Origin: Eledone cirrhosa
Taxonomy: Eukaryota
Direction: 5' to 3'
Length of the DNA stretch: 64,000 nt
NCBI GenBank assembly: GCA_964016885.1
Contig: OZ024743.1
Coordinates: forward strand, 369,520,001-369,584,000
Position 1 is the first letter of the stretch. Each line of letters starts with the position of its first letter. The position numbers and the translations under genes are program-made. The notes beneath the pieces are model-generated. The model was not told the DNA's origin and ran no database searches. It saw only the letters and a program-made list of their open reading frames with translations. Shown in pieces: positions 47,409 to 60,310 of this stretch.

Positions 47409-48235
47409 ATGATTACGGATTTAGTAAGGGTGATGAGGAACGTGTCCCGTATGTGCAACCCCAAAGAATTAGAGAGACACATACAACACTTCATCCACCG
47501 TATGCAGTTCTCTGGTTACAATCAGAGAGATAAATCAAAGTATATAGAGGAGCCAGAACCAAATGGGAAAAAATGGTAAATAATGACACAAATGGGGCCT
47601 GCCCCTTGTATAGAAGCAAATTTTGGAATAGAATAGAAAGAACTAGGAATAAGATTAATAAAATAAACTCATGGTATGATAACAATAAATACCAGAGTGT
47701 AATGTTCATCAATACAACCCCTAGAGGTGAACTAGCTTACAAATTTAGAAGGGCCCTAGATAAACTTAAACTGAATATTAAGATAGTGGAAAGACCAGGT
47801 ACCTCCATAAAAACACTAATTAGTAATACATACCCTTTTCAAAGACCTCCCTGTATAGATAGGAAATGCATAATCTGTAAGCTAAGCCCCCATATTAACT
47901 GTAAAACTAGAAACATAGTATATAGCATAAGATGTACTGAGGGACAATGTTAAAATAAGAATATAATGTACATAGGTGAGACAGCTCGTAGCATAGGAGA
48001 ATGATTAAATGAACACTGGCGAGAACTCCAAGATAGAAAAGACTCATCAATACTCCACCAACATGCTAAAATAGAACATAAGGGCGAAATAGAGAACATA
48101 GAGATAAAAATAGAATCTACACACAGAAGAGACGCAATGCTTAAACAAATCACAGAGGCAATAAATATAAATAAACTCCAACCAAACTTAAATAGAAAAC
48201 ATGAATGGAATAGCAGCATCACAACTTATAATTAA
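47409..48235 (+). pseudogene. Penelope-like ORF remnant: RT C-terminal/linker plus GIY-YIG endonuclease
   Basis: RMQFSGY..CPLYRS..MFINTTPRGEL..IKIVERPGTSIK..C-C-C-C..NIVYSIRC..YIGETARS..EH..EA..I..LNRKHEW; one frameshift and two stops. Confidence 0.85.
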
Positions 48236-48419
48236 GGACAAAATGAAAACACACACACGGAGAACAAACAACTAACTAGTAACATGTACATAAACAAATA
48301 AAAACACACACAGACACCCGGATGTAACACATGCTCAAACCAAGCACACAACACACACAAAAAAAAGATGGCGTAGGACAGAACAAAGGAGAAGCACAAA
48401 ACATAGAAAAGAATCCCCA

Positions 48420-48462
48420 GTCACTGAATAGGTCACAGAATGTGTGACGAAAGAACTTTGAC
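48420..48462 (+). ncRNA. Hammerhead copy with mutated core (CUGAAUA)
   Basis: Same as 46847-46889 except for a G8-to-U change; probably inactive. Confidence 0.55.
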
Positions 48463-48829
48463 AATATATAAACAACCATCCAGTTGTGGAACCAACCAAC
48501 TGGAAATTTATGAAATTTATATTTATAAAATTTATAATAAATTGAAGTGAAAGCAACTGGTGCGTGTGTTTCTTATTGGCAACATGACCCTCCCAAAGTA
48601 TAACAATATCGGTTTCAACACACGTTTTCAGATAAAGAATCTTGCTAAACAAATTCAGAAACGAAATATATATATAAATGGAAAAAATGAAACGAAATTT
48701 CATTTCCCACTCTTAGTATGGCTGTTACTTTAATTTAAGTATGTACACAGACGTACAGTAGTATGTATATATATATATATATACATGCACACATATATAT
48801 ACATACATGCACACATATATATATATATG

Positions 48830-49658
48830 TCATCATCATCATCATCATCGTTTAATGTCCATGTTCCACGCTTGCATGGGTTTGGACGGGAGTTTTCCCA
48901 CTTGAGGCAAGAGTGGTTGTCATTGCTCGCATAGGACTGTCTGGCGGGTTTTCTACAGCTGGATGCCCTTCCTAACACCAACCACATTTACAGTGTGGGG
49001 CTGGGAGGTTTTTACCGTGTTGCCTACACGGCCACATTACAGCGTGGACTGTGTTTTTTGTCGTGACACCTACACGATCTCATTTGTTTCGGCCTGGATG
49101 TTGTGACACCAACATAACTTTACATTGAAAGGGGTGGTGTGGATGGGGTGGGGGTGGTGGGACGGGGGTGTATTTTGTTAGAGATGCCTACTGACTGTAG
49201 TAGATTTTACTTTGTATTTAGGTAAGGCGGGTCTTCTCTATTACTGAGTACCGCCAAAGGTCTTGGTCCAGTGACATTGTCTTGGAGAGGTGTAAGTGTG
49301 TGAGGTCGGAATTTATCAGCTTGTCCCAGGTTTTTCTGGGTCTGCCTACTCCGTGGCTACCATCTATCTTTATTGCCCTGCACTTTTTTATACAGCTGTC
49401 GTTTTTCATGCGCATCACGTGACCATACCAACGTAGCCTTCTCTCGAGTAAACAACATCTGATCCCTCTTATTTCAAATTTTTTCCTTAGTTCGTTTATG
49501 CTTTGCCGTTCACGTATATTACTATTACACATCCAGCGGAGCATGCAAGCTTCGTTCCTCTCTAGTCTGCGTATATCCTCTGCACACAATGCCCAGGTCT
49601 CACTGCCATGCAACATTGCTGTCCGTATGCAGGCATCATACAACGTGCCTTTCATTTT

Positions 49659-49659
<1 letters not shown>
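48830..49659 (-). mobile_element. RTE family A 3' fragment with complete UTR and tail
   Basis: ORF 49218-49655 ending IEKTRLT*; (CAT)n at 48830. Confidence 0.92.
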
Positions 49660-49715
<56 letters not shown>

Positions 49716-49869
49716 TATAATATATATATATAATATATATATAATATATATATATATTATATATATAATATATATATATATTATATATAATATATATATA
49801 ATATATATTATGGTCCACCTGGTTCCTTACCACATTTCCTTCATTATATAATATATATATATATATAAT

Positions 49870-50093
49870 ATCATCATCATCATCATCATCATCAGGTTTA
49901 GCGTCCGTGTTCCACGCTTGCATGGGTTTGGACGGGGGTTTTCCCACTTGAGGCAAGAGTGGTTGTCTTGCTCGCATAGGACTGTCTGGCGTGTTTTCTA
50001 CAGTTGGATGCCCTTCCTAACACCAACCACATTTACAGTGTGGGGCTGGGAGGTTTTTACCGTGTTGCCTACACGGCCACATTACAGCGTGGA
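49870..50093 (-). mobile_element. RTE family A 3' UTR-only insertion
   Basis: Near-identical to 48830-49050; flanked by (TA)n. Confidence 0.85.
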
Positions 50094-50103
50094 TGTGTAT
50101 ATA

Positions 50104-50144
<41 letters not shown>

Positions 50145-50257
50145 ATATATATATGTGTGTGTATATATATATATGTGTATATATATATATGTGTGTGTAT
50201 ATATATATATGTGTATATATATATATGTGTATATATGTATATATATGTATATATGTA

Positions 50258-50710
50258 TAACTTTGAATAACTTTGAAATGTTTTGGCCAGTATTGGCCCA
50301 GGCCATGTCTAACTTAATAGCACCACCTGGCGAAGTCTTTCAATTCAGGATTTGGGCACCATGGCCCATTCGAGAAGAGAATTAGTGTTTGCGGAGACAT
50401 ATCCGGGTGTGGGTGGTTTGTCCGGGATTACTTGGAGGAATTTGTCCAAAGACTTCTTGAATTTTGTGTGGTCAGTTTCTGTTTTGACGTGTCCTGGTGT
50501 GATGTTGAAGAGAGCAGGGCCGATTGAGGTGAAATAATTGTGCCGTATTGTTGTTATGAGTTGCGATTTAGATTTTTGAATGGGACGGATAGCACGGGGC
50601 CCAAGCCTTGGGTGTATCTTGAAGGCGATGCCAACATCATTTGGGCAGTGATGATGGAACATTTTCCACATCATGCAGATAATATAACGCTCACGGCGAC
50701 GTTGGAGTAT
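50258..50710 (-). mobile_element. CR1/L2-group LINE 3' fragment
   Basis: [34 protein letters not shown], with a short tandem tail (TTCAAAGTTA)2. Confidence 0.75.
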
Positions 50711-50755
50711 ATATACACATGTGTATATATACACATATATATATGTGTATATATA

Positions 50756-50816
<61 letters not shown>

Positions 50817-50891
50817 ATATATATATATGTATATATATATATACATATATGTGTATATATATATATGTATATGTGTATATATATATATGTG

Positions 50892-50967
<76 letters not shown>

Positions 50968-50971
50968 TGTG

Positions 50972-51020
<49 letters not shown>

Positions 51021-51117
51021 ATATATATATATATGTATATATATATATGTGTGTATATATATATATGTATATATATATATATGTGTGTATATATGTATAT
51101 ATATATATATATGTGTG

Positions 51118-51148
<31 letters not shown>

Positions 51149-51360
51149 GTGTATATATATATATATGTGTATATATATATATATGTGTATATATATATAT
51201 ATGTGTATATATATATATATGTGTATATATATATATATATGTGTATATATATATATGTGTATATATATATGTGTATATATATATATATATGTGTGTATAT
51301 ATATATGTGTATATATATATATATATGTGTATATATATATATATGTGTATATATATATAT

Positions 51361-51405
<45 letters not shown>

Positions 51406-51532
51406 TGTATATATATGTATATATATATATATGTATATATATATGTGTATATATATATATATGTGTATATATATATATATATGTGTGTATATATATATAT
51501 ATGTGTATATATATATATGTGTATATATATAT

Positions 51533-51576
<44 letters not shown>

Positions 51577-52327
51577 GTATATATATATTTGTATATATAT
51601 ATGTATGTTTATATATATATATATATGTATATATATGTAAATATATATATATATATATGTATGTGTGTATATATATATATGTATATCATCATCATCATCA
51701 TCATCGTTTAACGTCCGTGTTCCACGCTTGCATGGGTTTGGAATATGTGTATATATATATATGTGTATGTATATATATATATATATGTATATGTGTATAT
51801 ATATATGTGTATATGTATATATATATACATGTGTATATATATATGTATATATATATGTGTATATATATATGTGTATGTATATATATATATGTATATGTGT
51901 ATATATATATGTATATATATATACGTGTGTATATATTTATGTATATATATATATGTGTATATATATATGTGTATATATATATATGTATATATATATACGT
52001 GTGTATATATATGTACTTATATGTATATGTGTATATATATATATGTGTATATATGTATATGTGTATATATATATATGTGTGAATAGATATATATATGTAT
52101 ATCTGTATATATATATATATGTATATCTGTATATATATATATATATATATATGTGTATATATATATATATATGTATATGTGTATATATGTATATATATAT
52201 ATATACGTGTGTATATATGTATATATATATATATACATGTGTATATATATATACGTGTGTATATATGTATATATATATATATATACATGTGTATATATAT
52301 ATACGTGTGTATATATGTATATATATA
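50711..52327. repeat. (TA)n/TGTA compound microsatellite containing a 55-bp RTE tail (51686-51741)
   Basis: Directly visible. Confidence 0.9.
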
Positions 52328-53003
52328 TCATCATCGTTTAACGTCCATCTTCCACGCTTGCATCGGTTTGGACTGGAATTTTCCCACTTGAGGCAAGATT
52401 GGTTGTCTTGCTCAGGACTGACTGGCTGGTTTTCTACGGCTGGATGCCCTTCCTAACACCAACCACGTTTACAGTGTGGACTGGGAGGTTTTTACCGTGT
52501 TACCTCCACGGCCATATTACACCGTGGACTGTGTTTTTGTTAGAGGTGCCTACTGACTGTAGGTTTCGCTTTGTACCTAAGCAAGGCGGGTCTTCTGTAT
52601 TACTGTGTAGCGCCAAAGATCTCGGTCCAGTGACATTGTCTTGGAGAGCTGTAAGTGTGTGAGGTTGGAATTTATCAAGTCGTCCCAGGTTTTTCTGGGT
52701 CTGCCTACTCCGTGGCTACCGTCCATTTTTATCGCCCTGCACTTTTTTATACAGCTGTCGTCTTTCATGCGCATCACGTGACTGTCCCAACATAGTCTTC
52801 TCTCGAGTAAACAACATCTGATCCCTCTTATTCCTAATTTCTCCTTTAGTTCGTTTATGCTTTACCGTTCACGTATATTACTATTACACATCCGGCGGAG
52901 CATGCAAGCTTTGTTCCTCTTAAATCTCCGTATACCCTCTGCACACAATGCCCAGGTCTCACTGCCATGTAACATTGATGTTCGTATGCAGGCATCATAC
53001 AAC
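52328..53003 (-). mobile_element. RTE family A-related 3' fragment (more diverged)
   Basis: RLYDACIRT..MRMKDDSCIKKCRAIKMDG..IQKTRLA* plus UTR. Confidence 0.85.
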
Positions 53004-53164
53004 CTGGTGTTAGGAAGGGCAAGAATCAAGCCAGAATCAGTTCCCGTATGTGTAAGACAAGGTCAGCCGTCCGGACACTGCCCAGAACGGGACAACCCGT
53101 CTAAGCCATGCTAGCATGGAAGAATGGACGTAAAACGGTGATGATGATGTATATATATATATGT

Positions 53165-54490
53165 GTACCAGGGAAAGGCACCACTGATGCGCTCTTCCTT
53201 GTGAGGCAATTACAGGAAAAGTACCTAGCTAAAAGTAAGCCACTCTACTTGGCATTTGTCGACCTTGAGAAAGCCTTTGACAGAGTTCCACGTGCAGTAA
53301 TCTGGTGGGCTCTTAGAAAACTAGGAGTAGATGAATGGCTTGTGAAAGCGGTACAAGCCATGTATAGGGGAGCAGTCAGCAAAGTTAGGATTGGCAATGA
53401 GTATAGCGAGGAATTTAGCGTACAGGTTGGGGTCCACCAGGGCTCTGTTCTTAGCCCTCTCCTGTTCATCATAGTCCTGCAGGCAATAACGGAGGAGTTT
53501 AAGACCGGATGCCCATGGGAACTCCTGTATGCTGATGACCTCGCACTCATAGCTGAATCTATGGTAGAACTAGAGAATAAATTCCAAACCTGGAAGCAGG
53601 GACTAGAGAGAAAGGGCCTCAAAGTCAACATGACAAAGACTAAGGTCCTTATAAGTAGACGAGAAAACAGAACCCAGATCCCCTCAGGGAAATGGCCTTG
53701 CTCAGTATGTAGGAAAGGTGTAGGTAGGAACTCCATTCTTTGCCCCAAATGCAAACAATGGGTACACAAGAGATGTAGCGGGATCTCAGGAAGCTTAATT
53801 AAGAATGTAGGATTCACATGCAGCAGCTGTGCTGAAACAGCAAGCAAACAGCCACAGGAAACAAGTACCACCAATCTCTGGGAGGGCCCTGTAGAAACAG
53901 TAGACAGCTTCTGCTACCTAGGTGACCGAATTAGCAACGGAGGTGGGTGCTCAGAAAGTACAATAACTAGGGTAAGAACGGGATGGAAGAAGTTTAGGGA
54001 ACTACTACCACTGCTAGCTGCAAAAGGCTTCTCCCTCAGAATGAAAGGCAGACTGTATGATGCGTGTATCCGAACAGCGATGTTGCATGGTAGTGAGACC
54101 TGGGCGCTGAAGGTGGAAGACTTACGTAGATTAGAGAGAAACGAAGCCTGCATGCTCCGATGGATGTGTAACAGTAATATACGTGAACGACAAAGCATAA
54201 ATGAATTGAGAGAGAGACTGAGCATAAGAGGAATCAAATGCTGCGTGCAGGAGAGGCGGTTACGCTGGTATGGACATGTGATGCGTATGAAGGATGACAG
54301 CTGCATAAAAAGGTGCAGAGCACTAGAAGTTGATGGAAACCGCGGAGTGGGGAGACCCAAGATGACTTGGGATGAGGTGATAAAAGCCGACCTTACCCAA
54401 CTACACCTCTCAAAGTCAATGACACACGACCGTGACTTCTGGCGTCACGCAGTAATACAGGGTACCCGACCTCCCATGGGTACATGCTGA
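53165..54490 (+). CDS. Uninterrupted partial RTE ORF: RT domain, PHD-like Zn finger, C-terminal domain (no native start)
   Basis: PGKGTTDA, FVDLEKAFDRV, GVHQGSVLSPLLF, LYADDL, C4HC3 cluster, SFCYLG, LHGSETW, RRLRWYGHV, GRPKMTW. Confidence 0.85.
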   Translation, partial: VPGKGTTDALFLVRQLQEKYLAKSKPLYLAFVDLEKAFDRVPRAVIWWALRKLGVDEWLVKAVQAMYRGAVSKVRIGNEYSEEFSVQVGVHQGSVLSPLLFIIVLQAITEEFKTGCPWELLYADDLALIAESMVELENKFQTWKQGLERKGLKVNMTKTKVLISRRENRTQIPSGKWPCSVCRKGVGRNSILCPKCKQWVHKRCSGISGSLIKNVGFTCSSCAETASKQPQETSTTNLWEGPVETVDSFCYLGDRISNGGGCSESTITRVRTGWKKFRELLPLLAAKGFSLRMKGRLYDACIRTAMLHGSETWALKVEDLRRLERNEACMLRWMCNSNIRERQSINELRERLSIRGIKCCVQERRLRWYGHVMRMKDDSCIKRCRALEVDGNRGVGRPKMTWDEVIKADLTQLHLSKSMTHDRDFWRHAVIQGTRPPMGTC

Positions 54491-54799
54491 AGCATATAAA
54501 CAATATGCCCCCCCCCCTCCCCCCACCGCAAGGTGGTCGTGGAGGTGCCACGGCAAAAAAGCACCCAGCCCACACTGTAAAGTGGACGTGTAGGCGCCAC
54601 GAAAAAGCACCCAGCACTCACTGTAAATGAGGTTGGTGTTAGGAAGGGCATCCAGCTGTAGAAATCAAGCCAGATCAGTTCCTGTATGAGCAAGGCATGG
54701 TCAGCCGACCAGACACTGCCCACAACAGGACAACCCGTCTAACCCATGCTAGCGTGGAAGAACGGACGTAAAACGGTGATGATGATGATGATGATGATG
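53165..54799 (+). mobile_element. RTE LINE family B, 5'-truncated (1.6 kb), with UTR and (GAT)n tail
   Basis: RT motifs and 3' UTR; flanked by (TA)n on both sides. Confidence 0.95.
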
Positions 54800-55010
54800 A
54801 TATATATATATATATATATATGATATATATAATAATAAGGGTTGACGGACCCAGCATATTTATCAATGCCAGTACCGGTTGTATCTCAGCGCACTCAATG
54901 GGCAACGTAAGATACATTACCAGAATATACACATAGTTATTTGCCTCAACACAACACACGTAATTATATATATATATCTAAATCATATATATATATGATA
55001 TATATATATA

Positions 55011-55093
<83 letters not shown>

Positions 55094-55142
55094 TATAGAT
55101 ATATATAGATATATCATATATATATATATATACACACATACA

Positions 55143-56258
55143 TACTCTTTTACTGTTTTACCTGTTCCAGCCCTCCGGCTAAAGCCATGCTGGGGCACCA
55201 CCCTTGTTGCTACACATTTTATCTCCAGTCTGCATTGGTTGGCCACTGGTGCAAGAGGGAGTTTGTTGCTGCTGCTCTTATGTTTCCCTCGTGCCTTGCT
55301 GTGGGCTCATCCAGGATCCTGGATAGCAAGGTGTCGAGATGTTTCTTGAAGACATCCATATCCACACCATGCAGATCTTTCTGGTGAGTTGAGGGCCCTT
55401 GAACCCCAGGCTATTGCAATATCTGCTCCTTATTCTAGATGTGGAAGACGGGACCTTTGGCACCACACAGTGACGTCCTGTTCGTGGGTTGGTCCAGCTC
55501 CCAATGCCAAAGTTTGGTGCTTGTCCCTCCAGGATTTTCCACATGTAGATCACTGCGTATCTCTCCCGTCTTCGTTCCAAGGAGTAGAGGTTCAGTTCTT
55601 TTAGCCTCTCCCAGTAGCTTATCTCCTTCATTGTGGCAATCCTCTTGGTGTAGCTTCACTGGATTGCTTCAAGCTCCGTGGTTACTTTGACACTATGGGG
55701 TGACCACAACTGGGAGCAATAGTCCAGGCGGCTTAGGACAAATGTCCTCCATAGTGTCAACATGGTGTCCCGGAAAGTCCTCAAGATCCAGCCAGCGAGT
55801 CGTCTGCACATTTACACCACTTTCATGATGTGTGAGGAAAAAGATGCATCGTCGCTCATGTCTATACCCAGGTCCTGTACCGATCTAGACACTGGAATAT
55901 TGGTCGCACCTGGTCCGGCGTAACTGTATTGTACTGTATTTGTGTTTGCAGGTTTGTATTGTAGGGCTTGGAATTTGCCAGCATTAAACTGCATGTTGTT
56001 GTCTTCGCCCATTTGTATATGGCATCCAGATCTTGTAAAAGGGCAGCGTCAGCCGGGTTTTTGATTGCCTGTGCTACCTTAGTGTCATCAGCATAGCTAG
56101 TGAGGGATGTTGTATGTACTACAGAGGGCATGTCTGAGAGAGCCACCAAAAACAGTAGTGATCCCAGGACTGTCCCTTGGGGCACCCCACTTGTTATTGA
56201 TGTTTCTTTTGAGAGGGCCCCGTTCTCTGTGACTGTCTGGCTTTGGCACAGTAGATCC
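55143..56258 (-). mobile_element. CR1/L2-group LINE fragment with frameshifts
   Basis: PQGTVLGSLLFL, YADDTK, MQFNAGKFQ, SRLDYCSQLWSP, SYWERLKELNLYSLERRRERY. Confidence 0.85.
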
Positions 56259-57794
56259 TATATACATATATATATATATATATATACACTGATACAAATG
56301 GAAAAATGTGGAAAATTCAAATGATATAGGTGTACATTCGTGTTTTTTATATGTTAGTGTAACCCACCTTCTCTGGTTATTCTTTCAATGTCAAAAGATA
56401 ACTAGCCAAATGATAGATAGATATGCATTTTAAAATTTTCACCTATGCAGGCATACCTGTCCTAACAAAGTTGCAACACAGGAAGTTTTTTGTGTGTTTT
56501 AATGATAAGGACCCCTGTCACATGAAAAGCAATGTTAAATAGAGTGTCTTGCTCAAGAACACATGCCATTCAGTCCTGGAATTGAACCCATGACCATATG
56601 ATCATGAGTCTAACACCCAAACCATGAGGCCACACACCTTCACAGTTTCTGTAAGGTCTGAATTCCACATTGTATCCTGAAATTAGTTGTCATACTTTAC
56701 ATACAATTCTTTAAGTGTGAAATTTCATAACCATAATACGAGAAGGGGAGGGTAGGGCGTCTGTTTAATTGACGTGTTTTAGATTTGAAATGTATGTGTC
56801 CCAACAACACAAATAATCATATTAATAGTCAATTACTATAAATAATACTTGAGAATATTAGGTAAAGTAGCCCTGGGGAGATGTAGGGTTTGATTCCTCA
56901 GAGGTACCTCTGTCCACTTTACCTGATTTTGTCAATTATTATTTATTGAATTACAGGACAAATTTTACTGGCAAAGTCAACTGGCAGGCGACCCAGGGAT
57001 AGACCTCGAGCAAGATGGTTTGATAACATGAGCATGACTGGTCTCGCTTGGAGATCCAGCTGGAGCAATTGGAGACAGTTGCTTCTGACAAGACCCACTG
57101 GAAGTTGTTGGGATACAGACATTTTAAATTTAAAATTTTCCAATGCTTCCTAAATCAACTGCCTTAATTTAGATATAATCATTTTTCAGATTTTCAAGTT
57201 TAATTTGACAAAAAGCTGTTCAGACTTCAGTTTCACTAATTATTTGTATTGTACTGTTTCCACTAACCACTGCAATTGCCTTGATAAGCTGTTGAAAGCC
57301 AGCCAAATCTCAGGAGCAGATCTCATTTTACTTTCTACTGCCTATTATGATCATTCTTCCAAATGTGTGCTTTATGCCTGCTAGTAATCTGTCCGAGATC
57401 ACACTTATGCACGCGCACACACGCATGCACAGTTCACACATCCACGTTTCCTTGGCCATATATCCTCGTTTACATATATATTTTATTCCTTTGTTATTAT
57501 TCATTCCCTGACTTATTTATTTTTGGTTAGTTTGTTACATCAGTATACTACAATCTCACATGGTTTTGTCTTATAGTTGGTTTTTTTTTCCTTCATAAAG
57601 TGCTACTAGTAAACCTTAGAATAATGGATTGGGACAATTGTTAGTGTGTCGGATGAAAATCCTTATAATATTTTAGTTACAGCCATTTAGATCAATTCTG
57701 CCTTTCATCTATTCAGGGCTCATAAAATAAATACTGGGGTAGATATATTTTATTGTTCCTCTTCTTCCTCCAAATTGTCTTGTTATTATTATTA

Positions 57795-58110
57795 TTGAGG
57801 GCGGTGAATTATTAGAATCGGTAGAGCGTTGGACACCCTGCTTCGCATAATTGAGTTACAATCCTTTACATTCAGAGTTCAAATCCTGCTGGGGTTAACG
57901 TTGCCTTTCATCCTTACGGGGTTGATAAAATAAAGTACTAGTAATGCACTGGTGTCGATTTAATAGACTCTCCCCTCCCCAAAAGTGTTGGCCTTGTGCC
58001 TAAATTAGAAATCATCATTATTATTATTAAATAAATAGTGGTGGATTGGCACTATCGGTAGAGTGTCGGACATTATGCTTTGCGACATATAGTTATGGCC
58101 CTTTACTTTC
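57795..58110 (+). mobile_element. tRNA-derived SINE followed by a second SINE head
   Basis: GAGTTCAAATCC B-box, GCCTTTCATCCTTACGGGG, GGCCTTGTGCC tail. Confidence 0.7.
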
Positions 58111-58590
58111 TGCTCCAGGTTGCCGCTGGAGAATGTGTGACTGCATGTGGCATTCCAGATGAGGAGTTTACCCCCGTGGAACGGAAATATAGTGATGCTG
58201 TCTAGCCCTTTGTTGTCTCCTTGGTCTAGCTCCGCTGTCTTGAGGGGAAGTCTGCAACATCCAGGCATTGAGCCAGGAACCACTGTGGCATTGCAAGACT
58301 GACCGAAAACATATGAGGTGGTGCTGGTTGAGTTGGTGCACTAACCTGTCAGAGGCCATGTCGCACTGGATGGCATCCCATATGCTCTGGGGAATGCTGC
58401 AGGCTTACCCTCTCAGCTCAAGCCGGCAGGGATGGAGCAGGGGGACAGTAAAAGGCCAGGTGGCATGACCATCTTCCCATTCCGCGATGGGAAACCCCTA
58501 ATCTGCGATGATGTATGCAGCGACATATTCTCCTGCGGGAACCTGGTGCAGTCTGCAACTAACCCAGGTTTTGCTGCACTTTAGGCCAAA
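58110..58590. mobile_element. CRE-like LINE endonuclease remnants in opposite orientations
   Basis: Minus 58110-58375 gives ITIFPFHGGKLLIWNATC; plus 58420-58590 gives KRPGGMTIFPFRDGKPLICDDVC. Confidence 0.55.
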
Positions 58591-59419
58591 TAGCTTAGAC
58601 TGTTTCAGATTTTCCATGAAACCCCAATCTCCGTCTGTAATCATTATCGTTATTGTTTAACATCCACATTCCCTGCTAGCAAGTGTTGAACTGTCCTCTC
58701 CTATAACTAGTGTCTACCATTTCTGTTTATGAAATCACCCTTATCATGAGACAGTGAAGAAAGGTGAAGCAATGAAGATGGCTGAGATAGTATAATGTTC
58801 AACTAAAGTCATTGTTTTGTTTAGTTTCAAGAGTCAGGAGTCATAATTCTGTTTAAAATTGACATTACCTTTCATCTTTTCACCATGTCCCTTACAAAAA
58901 AGAAAAAAATGAGGAGGCATTTTCCCAAGCCATAAAAAAAAAATCATTATATCATTTATTTATTTAATTTGCTATTCTGAAAGGTATAAATAGATTAATC
59001 TTGAAGTGCTCCAGCTCCCACCCTTTGCCACAACTAAATATGTATGAGTCATAGTCACAGTTAATTGTAGTCACAGTTATGTACAGAGTAGCTATCTTTG
59101 TTAGTATTAATGTTTGTGTGTAATCTCTATAGGATTCATCTGAAGCCACTTCCTATTTTTGCCATAATATGTTTATGTATAACAGATAATAAAATTAAAT
59201 TAATTTCCTTTAAAAAGAAAATGTGTGTGTGTCTGTGAACACACACACATATATATATATGTGGTGTGGTGAATAAATATATACATATACACCAGGTCCG
59301 AACACAAAGGAACCAAACTTTCACGGCCTCTGTCTCTCCCACTCTCCCCAACTCTTACTATTATGAGCAAATGGGGGCCCATATGCTGGCCCCGACAGAC
59401 AGAATAGAGGCATTTCCTC

Positions 59420-60310
59420 AGAGGATGGTTTATGGAGATGCGCTGGAAAAGTCATTCCAGCTCTTCAGGCTCACACCTGCGGGTAGTAACTCTGTGTTGA
59501 TGATGGTAAGTAGGGAGGTGACGCTAGAGCCAAGGATATCAGAAGTCTCCGCTGCTATGCGCTCAATCACAAACCTGTCAAAGAATGACTGATATTTGGA
59601 GAGTTTACCCTCCTCAGCCCGAAGTGCAGCAGAGCCTGGGTTAATTGCAGACTGCACGAAGTTGCTGCTGGAGAATCTGTTGCTGCATGTGGCATTCCAG
59701 ATGAGAGGTTTACCACCACGAAACAGGAAGATGGTCATGCTGCCTGGCCCTTTGCCGTCCTCTCAGTCCAACCTCACTGGCTTGAGTTGGGAGGGGAAGC
59801 CTGCAGCATCCAAGCCATGCTTTATGATGTGAGGGCAGCATGGCTTGGAAGGTTCCATGAACTGTTGCAACAGGACAGCGGGTAGAGACCAAAAGTGTCT
59901 ACGGTGGATCCATTGACATTTATGTGGCTTGCAAATCTGCAGGCTATCATTATCCAGCTGTGTGCCAGTCAAAAGGGAGGGTAAAACGTTGAGTCAGGCA
60001 CTGCTATGAGGTTGCGAGACCGAGCGAAAACATGAGAGGCAGTGCTGGATAAGCTGGCACGCTAGCCTGTCTTGAGGCCAGGTTGCACTGGATGGCATGC
60101 CATATGCTGGGAGAGGGGGTATTTGACGTCTACATGGGGAAGAGGAGGAGGGACATCTATTGGGTGGAGTCCAAGCCGGTTCCAAGTCTCACAGGCAACC
60201 TCACATTCCTCGATCACAGTGGGTTCCATTGTGTTGTGGAGAACCCTGTTAATAAGGACGTGGGAAGAGATTACCGAAGAAAGAAATTCCGACAAAGCCA
60301 GCAAGACCGG
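59420..60310 (-). mobile_element. Decayed RLE-type (CRE-like) non-LTR retrotransposon C-terminus
   Basis: GPGSMTIF..GGKPLIWNATC..SAINPGSAALRAEEGKLSKY..RIAAET..LG, preceded by a CKPHKC..H..C knuckle remnant. Confidence 0.65.

Larger units (their letters stand above)
46699..48609 (+). mobile_element. 5'-truncated Penelope-like element with inverted 3' duplication (arms 46699-47411 and 47891-48609)
   Basis: The plus strand encodes a post-RT region, Cys-rich linker and GIY-YIG. The left arm is a diverged reverse complement of the EN plus 3' region. Each arm has a hammerhead. Confidence 0.88.

Noticed and set aside
47951-48005. In-frame TAA/TGA in the PLE ORF as recoding (e.g. selenocysteine)
   Set aside because: The inverted copy has sense codons (Lys, Gln) at these sites, so they are simple mutations.
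53108-53164. N-terminus of the 460-aa ORF as a real start
   Set aside because: It reads through another RTE tail and a TA repeat; the element is 5'-truncated.
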